The notes under the pieces were generated by a model. The model saw only the letters and a program-made list of their open reading frames with translations. It was not told where the DNA came from and made no database searches. From Eledone cirrhosa (taxonomy: Eukaryota), in NCBI GenBank assembly GCA_964016885.1, contig OZ024741.1, positions 408,456,001-408,520,000 on the forward strand: DNA of 64,000 nt. The letters run 5' to 3'. The position numbers and the translations under genes are program-made. Of this stretch, positions 50,511 through 64,000 are shown one piece after another (position 1 is the first letter of the stretch; every line of letters begins with the position of its first letter).

Positions 50511-53500
50511 CACACAAATCTAGGACCACATACAACACATAATCAGATAATACACACATCTAGGACCACATACAACACATAATCAGATAATACACACATC
50601 TAGGACCACATACAACAAATAATCAGATAATACACACATCTAGGACCACATATAACACATAATCAGATAATACACACATCTAGGACCACATTTAACACAT
50701 AATCAGATAATACACACATCTAGGACCACATTTAACACATAATCAGATAATACACACATCTAGGACCACATTTAACACATAATCAGATAATACACACATC
50801 TAGGACCACATATAACACATAATCAGATAATACACACATCTAGGACCACATTTAACACATAATCAGATAATACACACATCTAGGACCACATATAACACAT
50901 AATCAGATAATACACACATCTAGGACCACATATAACACATAATCAGATAATACACACATCTAGGACCACATTTAACACATAATCAGATAATACACACATC
51001 TAGGACCACATTTAACACATAATCAGATAATACACACATCTAGGACCACATATAACACATAATCAGATAATACACACATCTAGGACCACATTTAACACAT
51101 AATCAGATAATACACAGATCTAGGACCACATATAACACATAATCAGATAATACACACATCTAGGACCACATATAACACATAATCAGATAATACACACATC
51201 TAGGACCACATTTAACACATAATCAGATAATACACACATCTAGGACCACATATAACACATAATCAGATAATACACACATCTAGGACCACATTTAACACAT
51301 AATCAGATAATACACACATCTAGGACCACATATAACACATAATCAGATAATACACACATCTAGGACCACATTTAACACATAATCAGATAATACACACATC
51401 TAGGACCACATATAACACATAATCAGATAATACACACATCTAGGACCACATACAACACATAATCAGATAATACACACATCTAGGACCACATTTAACACAT
51501 AATCAGATAATACACACATCTAGGACCACATATAACAGATAATCAGATAATACACACATCTAGGACCACACACAACACATAATCAGATAATACACACATC
51601 TAGAACCACATACAACACATAATCAGATAATACACACATCTAGGACGATATACAACACATAATCAGATAATACACACATCTAGGACCACATACAACACAT
51701 AATCAGATAATACACACATCTAGGACCACATACAACACATAATCAGATAATACACACATCTAGCACCACATACAACACATAATCAGATAATACACACATC
51801 TAGGACCACATATAACACATAATCAGATAATACACACATCTAGGACAACATACAACACATAATCAGATAATACACACATCTAGGACCACATACAACACAT
51901 AATCAGATAATACACACATCTAGGACCACATTTAACACATAATCAGATAATACACACATCTAGGACCACATTTAACACATAATCAGATAATACACACATC
52001 TAGGACCACATACAACACATAATCAGATAATACACACATCTAGGACCACATACAACACATAATCAGATAATACACACATCTAGAAACACATACAACAGAT
52101 AATCAGATAATACACACATCTAGGACCACATATAACACATAATCAGATAATACACACATCTAGGACTACATACAACACATAATCAGATAATACACATATC
52201 TAGGACCACATACAACACATAATCAGATAATACACACATCTAGGACCACATACAACACATAATCAGATAATACACACATCTAGAACCACATACAACACAT
52301 AATCAGATAATACACACATCTAGGACCACATACAACACATAATCAGATAATACACATACATCTAGGACCACATACAACACATAATCAGATAATACACACA
52401 TCTAGGACGATATACAACACATAATCAGATAATACACACATCTAGGGCCACATACAACACATAATCAGATAATACACACATCTAGGGCCACAAACAACAC
52501 ATAATCAGATAATACACACATCTAGGACAACATACAACACATAATCAGATAATACACACATCTAGGACCACATACAACACATAATCAGATAATACACACA
52601 TCTAGAACCACATACAACACATAATCAGATAATACACACATCTAGGGCCACATACAACACATAATCAGATAATACACACATCTAGGGCCACATACAACAC
52701 ATAATCAGATAATACACACATATAGGACCACATACAACACATAATCAGATAATACACACATCTAGGACCACATACAACACATAATCAGATAATACACACA
52801 TCTAGAACCACATACAACACATAATCAGATAATACACACATCTTGAACCACATACAACACATAATCAGATAATACACACATCTAGGACCACATACAACAC
52901 ATAATCAGATAATACACACATCTAGGGCCACATACAACACATAATCAGATAATACACACATCTAGGACCACATACAACACATAATCAGATAATACACACA
53001 TCTAGGACCACATACAACACATAATCAGATAATACACACATCTAGAACCACATACAACACATAATCAGATAATACACACATCTAGGACCACATACAACAC
53101 ATAATCAGATAATACACACATCTAGGACCACATATAACACATAATCAGATAATACACACATCTAGGTCCACATTTAACACATAATCAGATAATACACACA
53201 TCTAGGACCACATACAACACATAATCAGATAATACACACATCTTGAACCACATACAACACATAATCAGATAATACACACATCAAGGACCACATACAACAC
53301 ATAATCAGATAATACACACACATCTAGGACCACATACAACACATAATCAGATAATACACACATCTAGGACGATATACAACACATAATCAGATAATACACA
53401 CATCTAGGGCCACATACAACACATAATCAGATAATACACACATCTAGGGCCACATACAACACATAATCAGATAATACACACATCTAGGACAACATACAAC

Positions 53501-56500
53501 ACATAATCAGATAATACACACATCTAGGACCACATACAACACATAATCAGATAATACACACATCTAGAACCACATACAACACATAATCAGATAATACACA
53601 CATCTAGGGCCACATACAACACATAATCAGATAATACACACATCTAGGGCCACATACAACACATAATCAGATAATACACACATATAGGACCACATACAAC
53701 ACATAATCAGATAATACACACATCTAGGACCACATACAACACATAATCACATAATACACACATCTAGAACCACATACAACACATAATCAGATAATACACA
53801 CATCTTGAACCACATACAACACATAATCAGATAATACACACATCTAGGACCACATACAACACATAATCAGATAATACACACATCTAGGACCACATACAAC
53901 ACATAATCAGATAATACACACATCTAGGACCACATACAACACATAATCAGATAATACACACATCTAGAACCACATACAACACATAATCAGATAATACACA
54001 CATCTAGGACCACATACAACACATAATCAGATAATACACACATCTAGGACCACATATAACACATAATCAGATAATACACACATCTAGGTCCACATTTAAC
54101 ACATAATCAGATAATGCACACATCTAGGACCACATACAACACATAATCAGATAATACACACATCTAGGGCGACATACAACACATAATCAGATAATACACA
54201 CATCTAGGACCACATACAACACATAATCAGATACTACACACATCTAGGACCACATTTAACACATAATCAGATAATACACACATCTAGAACCACATACAAC
54301 ACATAATCAGATAATACACACATCTAGGACCACATTTAACACATAATCAGATAATACACACATCTAGGACCACATATAACACATAATCAGATAATACACA
54401 CATCTAGGACCACATTTAACACATAATCAGATAATACACACATCTAGGACCACATATAACACATAATCAGATAATACACCCATCTAGGACCACATTTAAC
54501 ACATAATCAGATAATACACACATCTAGGACCACATATAACACATAATCAGATAATACACACATCTAGGACCACATACAACACATAATCAGATAATACACA
54601 CATCTAGGACCACATACAACACATAATCAGATAATACACACATCTAGGACCACATGTAACACATAATCAGATAATACACACATCTAGGACCACATATAAC
54701 ACATAATCAGATAATACACACATCTAGGACCACATTTAACACATAATCAGATAATACACACATCTAGGATCACATATAACACATAATCAGATAATACACA
54801 CATTCTAGGACCACATATAACACATAATCAGATAATACACACATCTAGGACCACATACAACACATAATCAGATAATACACACATATAGGACCACATACAA
54901 CACATAATCAGATAATACACACATCTAGGACCACATTTAACACATAATCAGATAATACACACATCTAGGACCACATTTAACACATAATCAGATAATACAC
55001 ACATCTAGGACCACATACAACACATAATCAGATAATACACACATCGAGGGCCACATACAACACATAATCAGATAATACACACATCTAGGACCACATACAA
55101 CACATAATCAGATAATACACACACATCTAGGACCACATACAACACATAATCAGATAATACACACATCTAGGACGATATACAACACATAATCAGATAATAC
55201 ACACATCTAGGGCCACATACAACACATGATCAGATAATACACACATCTAGGGCCACATACAACACATAATCAGATAATACACACATCTAGGACAACATAC
55301 AACACATAATCAGATAATACACACATCTAGGACCACATACAACACATAATCAGATAATACACACATCTAGAACCACATACAACACATAATCAGATAATAC
55401 ACACATCTAGGGCCACATACAACACATAATCAGATAATACACACATCTAGGGCCACATACAACACATAATCAGATAATACACACATATAGGACCACATAC
55501 AACACATAATCAGATAATACACACATCTAGGACCACATACAACACATAATTAGATAATACACACATCTAGAACCACATACAACACATAATCAGATAATAC
55601 ACACATCTAGGACCACATACAACACATAATCAGATAATACACACATCTAGGACCACATATAACACATAATCAGATAATACACACATCTAGGTCCACATTT
55701 AACACATAATCAGATAATACACACATCTAGGACCACATACAACACATAATCAGATAATACACACATCTAGGGCGACATACAACACATAATCAGATAACAC
55801 ACACATCTAGGACCACATACAACACATAATCAGATAATACACACATCTAGGACCACATTTAACACATAATCAGATAATACACACATCTAGAACCACATAC
55901 AACACATAATCAGATAATACACACATCTAGGACCACATTTAACACATAATCAGATAATACACACATCTAGGACCACATATAACACATAATCAGATAATAC
56001 ACACATCTAGGACCACATTTAACACATAATCAGATAATACACACATCTAGGACCACATATAACACATAATCAGATAATACACACATCTAGGACCACATTT
56101 AACACATAATCAGATAATACACACATCTAGGACCACATATAACACATAATCAGATAATACACACATCTAGGACCACATACAACACATAACCAGATAATAC
56201 ACACATCTAGGACCACATACAACACATAATCAGATAATACACACATCTAGGACCACATTTAACACATAATCAGATAATACACACATCTAGGACCACATAT
56301 AACACATAATCAGATAATACACACATCTAGGACCACATTTAACACATAATCAGATAATACACACATCTAGGATCACATATAACACATAATCAGATAATAC
56401 ACACATTCTAGGACGACATATAACACATAATCATATAATACACACATCTAGTACCACATACAACACATAATCAGATAATACACACATCTAGGACCACATA

Positions 56501-59500
56501 CAACACATAATCAGATAATACACACATCTAGGACCACATTTAACACATAATCAGATAATACACACATCTAGGACCACATTTAACACATAATCAGATAATA
56601 CACACATCTAGGACCACATACAACACATAATCAGATAATACACACATCTAGAACCACATACAACACATAATCAGATAATACACACATCTAGGACGATATA
56701 CAACACATAATCAGATAATACACACATCTAGGGCCACATACAACACATAATCAGATAATACACACATCTAGGGCCACATACAACACATAATCAGATAATA
56801 CACACATCTAGGACCACATACAACACATAATCAGATAATACACACATCTAGGACCACATACAACACATAATCAGATAATACACACATCTAGAACCACATA
56901 CAACACATAATCAGATAATACACACATCTAGGACGATATACAACACATAATCAGATAATACACACATCTAGGACCACATACAACACATAATCAGATAATA
57001 CACACATCTAGGACCACATACAACACATAATCAGATAATACACACATCTAGCACCACATACAACACATAATCAGATAATACACACATCTAGGACCACATA
57101 TAACACATAATCAGATAATACACACATCTAGGACAACATACAACACATAATCAGATAATACACACATCTAGGACCACATACAACACATAATCAGATAATA
57201 CACACATCTAGGACCACATTTAACACATAATCAGATAATACACACATCTAGGACCACATTTAACACATAATCAGATAATACACACATCTAGGACCACATA
57301 CAACACATAATCAGATAATACACACATCTAGGACCACATACAACACATAATCAGATAATACACACATCTAGAACCACATACAACACATAATCAGATAATA
57401 CACACATCTAGGACCACATACAACACATAATCAGATAATACACATACATCTAGGACCACATACAACACATAATCAGATAATACACACATCTAGGACGATA
57501 TACAACACATAATCAGATAATACACACATCTAGGGCCACATACAACACATAATCAGATAATACACACATCTAGGGCCACATACAACACATAATCAGATAA
57601 TACACACATCTAGGACAACATACAACACATAATCAGATAATACACACATCTAGGACCACATACAACACATAATCAGATAATACACACATCTAGAACCACA
57701 TACAACACATAATCAGATAATACACACATATAGAACCACATACAACACATAATCAGATAATACACACATCTTGAACCACATACAACACATAAACAGATAA
57801 TACACACATCTAGGACCACATACAACACATAATCAGATAATACACACATCTAGGGCCACATACAACACATAATCAGATAATACACACATCTAGGACCACA
57901 TACAACACATAATCAGATAATACACACATCTAGGACCACATACAACACATAATCAGATAATACACACATCTAGAACCACATACAACACATAATCAGATAA
58001 TACACACATCTAGGACCACATACAACACATAATCAGATAATACACACATCTAGGACCACATATAACACATAATCAGATAATACACACATCTAGGTCCACA
58101 TTTAACACATAATCAGATAATACACACATCTAGGACCACATACAACACATAATCAGATAATACACACATCTTGAACCACATACAACACATAATCAGATAA
58201 TACACACATCAAGGACCACATACAACACATAATCAGATAATACACACACATCTAGGACCACATACAACACATAATCAGATAATACACACATCTAGGACGA
58301 TATACAACACATAATCAGATAATACACACATCTAGGGCCACATACAACACATAATCAGATAATACACACATCTAGGGCCACATCCAACACATAATCAGAT
58401 AATACACACATCTAGGACAACATACAACACATAATCAGATAATACACACATCTAGGACCACATACAACACATAATCACATAATACACACATCTAGAACCA
58501 CATACAACACATAATCAGATAATACACACATCTTGAACCACATACAACACATAATCAGATAATACACACATCTAGGGCCACATACAACACATAATCAGAT
58601 AATACACACATCTAGGACCACATACAACACATAATCAGATAATACACACATCTAGGACCACATACAACACATAATCAGATAATACACACATCTAGAACCA
58701 CATACAACACATAATCAGATAATACACACATCTAGGACCACATACAACACATAATCAGATAATACACACATCTAGGACCACATATAACACATAATCAGAT
58801 AATACACACATCTAGGTCCACATTTAACACATAATCAGATAATACACACATCTAGGACCACATACAACACATAATCAGATAATACACACATCTAGGGCGA
58901 CATACAACACATAATCAGATAATACACACATCTAGGACCACATACAACACATAATCAGATAATACACACATCTAGGACCACATTTAACACATAATCAGAT
59001 AATACACACATCTAGAACCACATACAACACATAATCAGATAATACACACATCTAGGACCACATTTAACACATAATCAGATAATACACACATCTAGGACCA
59101 CATATAACACATAATCAGATAATACACACATCTAGGACCACATTTAACACATAATCAGATAATACACACATCTAGGACCACATATAACACATAATCAGAT
59201 AATACACATACATCTAGGACCACATTTAACACATAATCAGATAATACACACATCTAGGACCACATATAACACATAATCAGATAATACACACATCTAGGAC
59301 CACATACAACACATAATCAGATAATACACACATCTAGGACCACATACAACACATAATCAGATAATACACACATCTAGGACCACATGTAACACATAATCAG
59401 ATAATACACACATCTAGGACCACATATAACACATAATCAGATAATACACACATCTAGGACCACATTTAACACATAATCAGATAATACACACATCTAGGAT

Positions 59501-62500
59501 CACATATAACACATAATCAGATAATACACACATTCTAGGACCACATATAACACATAATCAGATAATACACACATCTAGGACCACATACAACACATAATCA
59601 GATAATACACACATCTAGGACCACATACAACACATAATCAGATAATACACACATCTAGGACCACATTTAACACATAATCAGATAATACACACATCTAGGA
59701 CCACATTTAACACATAATCAGATAATACACACATCTAGGACCACATACAACACATAATCAGATAATACACACATCTAGGGCCACATACAACACATAATCA
59801 GATAATACACACATCTAGGACCACATACAACACATAATCAGATAATACACACACATCTAGGACCACATACAACACATAATCAGATAATACACACATCTAG
59901 GACGATATACAACACATAATCAGATAATACACACATCTAGGGCCACATACAACACATGATCAGATAATACACACATCTAGGGCCACATACAACACATAAT
60001 CAGATAATACACACATCTAGGACAACATACAACACATAATCAGATAATACACACATCTAGGACCACATACAACACATAATCAGATAATACACACATCTAG
60101 AACCACATACAACACATAATCAGATAATACACACATCTAGGGCCACATACAACACATAATCAGATAATACACACATCTAGGGCCACATACAACACATAAT
60201 CAGATAATGGACACATATAGGACCACATACAACACATAATCAGATAATACACACATCTAGGACCACATACAACACATAATTAGATAATACACACATCTAG
60301 AACCACATACAACACATAATCAGATAATACACACATCTAGGACCACATACAACACATAATCAGATAATACACACATCTAGGACCACATATAACACATAAT
60401 CAGATAATACACACATCTAGGTCCACATTTAACACATAATCAGATAATACACACATCTAGGACCACATACAACACATAATCAGATAATACACACATCTAG
60501 GGCGACATACAACACATAATCAGATAACACACACATCTAGGACCACATACAACACATAATCAGATAATACACACATCTAGGACCACATTTAACACATAAT
60601 CAGATAATACACACATCTAGAACCACATACAACACATAATCAGATAATACACACATCTAGGACCACATTTAACACATAATCAGATAATACACACATCTAG
60701 GACCACATATAACACATAATCAGATAATACACACATCTAGGACCACATACAACACATAACCAGATAATACACACATCTAGGACCACATACAACACATAAT
60801 CAGATAATACACACATCTAGGACCACATTTAACACATAATCAGATAATACACACATCTAGGACCACATATAACACATAATCAGATAATACACACATCTAG
60901 GACCACATTTAACACATAATCAGATAATACACACATCTAGGATCACATATAACACATAATCAGATAATACACACATTCTAGGACGACATATAACACATAA
61001 TCAGATAATACACACATCTAGTACCACATACAACACATAATCAGATAATACACACATCTAGGACCACATACAACACATAATCAGATAATACACACATCTA
61101 GGACCACATTTAACACATAATCAGATAATACATACATCTAGGACCACATTTAACACATAATCAGATAATACACACATCTAGGACCACATACAACACATAA
61201 TCAGATAATACACACATCTAGAACCACATACAACACATAATCAGATAATACACACATCTAGGACGATATACAACACATAATCAGATAATACACACATCTA
61301 GGGCCACATACAACACATAATCAGATAATACACACATCTAGGGCCACATACAACACATAATCAGATAATACACACATCTAGGACCACATACAACACATAA
61401 TCAGATAATACACACATCTAGGACCACATACAACACATAATCAGATAATACACACATCTAGAACCACATACAACACATAATCAGATAATACACACATCTA
61501 GGACCACATATAACACATAATCAGATAATACACCCATCTAGGACCACATTTAACACATAATCAGATAATACACACATCTAGGACCACATATAACACATAA
61601 TCAGATAATACACACATCTAGGACCACATACAACACATAATCAGATAATACACACATCTAGGACCACATACAACACATAATCAGATAATACACACATCTA
61701 GGACCACATGTAACACATAATCAGATAATACACACATCTAGGACCACATATAACACATAATCAGATAATACACACATCTAGGACCACATTTAACACATAA
61801 TCAGATAATACACACATCTAGGATCACATATAACACATAATCAGATAATACACACATTCTAGGACCACATATACCACATAATCAGATAATACACACATCT
61901 AGGACCACATACAACACATAATCAGATAATACACACATCTAGGACCACATACAACACATAATCAGATAATACACACATCTAGGACCACATTTAACACATA
62001 ATCAGATAATACACACATCTAGGACCACATTTAACACATAATCAGATAATACACACATCTAGGACCACATACAACACATAATCAGATAATACACACATCT
62101 AGAACCACATACAACACATAATCAGATAATACACACATCTAGGACGATATACAACACATAATCAGATAATACACACATCTAGGGCCACATACAACACATA
62201 ATCAGATAATACACACATCTAGGGCCACATACAACACATAATCAGATAATACACACATCTAGGACCACATACAACACATAATCAGATAATACACACATCT
62301 AGGGCCACATACAACACATAATCAGATAATACACACATCTAGGACCACATACAACACATAATCAGATAATACACACACATCTAGGACCACATACAACACA
62401 TAATCAGATAATACACACATCTAGGAGGATATACAACACATAATCAGATAATACACACATCTAGGGCCACATACAACACATGATCAGATAATACACACAT

Positions 62501-64000
62501 CTAGGGCCACATACAACACATAATCAGATAATACACACATCTAGGACAACATACAACACATAATCAGATAATACACACATCTAGGACCACATACAACACA
62601 TAATCAGATAATACACACATCTAGAACCACATACAACACATAATCAGATAATACACACATCTAGGGCCACATACAACACATAATCAGATAATACACACAT
62701 CTAGGGCCACATACAACACATAATCAGATAATACACACATATAGGACCACATACAACACATAATCAGATAATACACACATCTAGGACCACATACAACACA
62801 TAATCAGATAATACACACATCTAGAACCACATACAACACATAATCAGATAATACACACATCTAGGACCACATACAACACATAATCAGATAATACACACAT
62901 CTAGGACCACATATAACACATAATCAGATAATACACACATCTAGGTCCACATTTAACACATAATCAGATAATACACACATCTAGGACCACATACAACACA
63001 TAATCAGATAATCCACACATCTAGGGCGACATACAACACATAATCAGATAACACACACATCTAGGACCACATACAACACATAATCAGATAATACACACAT
63101 CTAGGACCACATTTAACACATAATCAGATAATACACACATCTAGAACCACATACAACACATAATCAGATAATACACACATCTAGAACCACATTTAACACA
63201 TAATCAGATAATACACACATCTAGGACCACATATAACACATAATCAGATAATACACACATCTAGGACCACATTTAACACATAATCAGATAATACACACAT
63301 CTAGGACCACATATAACACATAATCAGATAATACACACATCTAGGACCACATTTAACACATAATCAGATAATACACACATCTAGGACCACATATAACACA
63401 TAATCAGATAATACACACATCTAGGACCACATACAACACATAACCAGATAATACACACATCTAGGACCACATACAACACATAATCAGATAATACACACAT
63501 CTAGGACCACATTTAACACATAATCAGATAATACACACATCTAGGACCACATATAACACATAATCAGATAATACACACATCTAGGACCACATTTAACACA
63601 TAATCAGATAATACACACATCTAGGATCACATATAAAACATAATCAGATAATACACACATTCTAGGACGACATATAACACATAATCAGATAATACACACA
63701 TCTAGTACAACATACAACACATAATCAGATAATACACACATCTAGGACCACATACAACACATAATCAGATAATACACACATCTAGGACCACATTTAACAC
63801 ATAATCAGATAATACACACATCTAGGACCACATTTAACACATAATCAGATAATACACACATCTAGGACCACATACAACACATAATCAGATAATACACACA
63901 TCTAGAACCACATACAACACATAATCAGATAATACACACATCTAGGACGATATACAACACATAATCAGATAATACACACATCTAGGACCACATACAACAC
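50511..64000. repeat. Satellite C, 40-bp monomer (runs off the right edge)
   Basis: Tandem TAGGACCACAT(AC/AT/TT)AACACATAATCAGATAATACACACATC. Very homogeneous, about 335 copies by length. Confidence 0.98.

Overview
Eukaryotic, repeat-dominated window with no intact protein-coding gene. The TE and microsatellite style suggests an invertebrate, possibly an octopus-like cephalopod, but that is inference only. About 85% is three satellite families: a 53-bp satellite A (1-13388 and 15602-22617), a 31/28-bp satellite B (13387-15607 and 22616-41220) and a 40-bp satellite C (50511 to the window end). The A-B-A-B order comes from a ~9.2-kb tandem duplication spanning an A/B junction, with microhomology at both junction types. 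Between B and C lies a ~9-kb island of nested, decayed mobile elements. It holds two foldback hairpins and hammerhead-ribozyme-like remnants. It also holds a Penelope-like (Naiad-type) RT-thumb/GIY-YIG pseudogene bracketed by ~475-bp inverted repeats, and a 79-bp direct-repeat-bounded insert. There are three pieces of one RTE-clade LINE family: an inverted 3' tail, a 3' half with a PHD finger, and a 5' half placed head-to-tail after it. Last is the left end of a hAT Charlie/Buster-like transposon that truncates the LINE and leads into satellite C. I found no complete novel system. The best leads are the splice-donor-dense, dyad-symmetric satellite A, the duplicated satellite junction, the permuted RTE tandem, the PLE/hammerhead cluster and satellite C possibly lying inside a hAT element.
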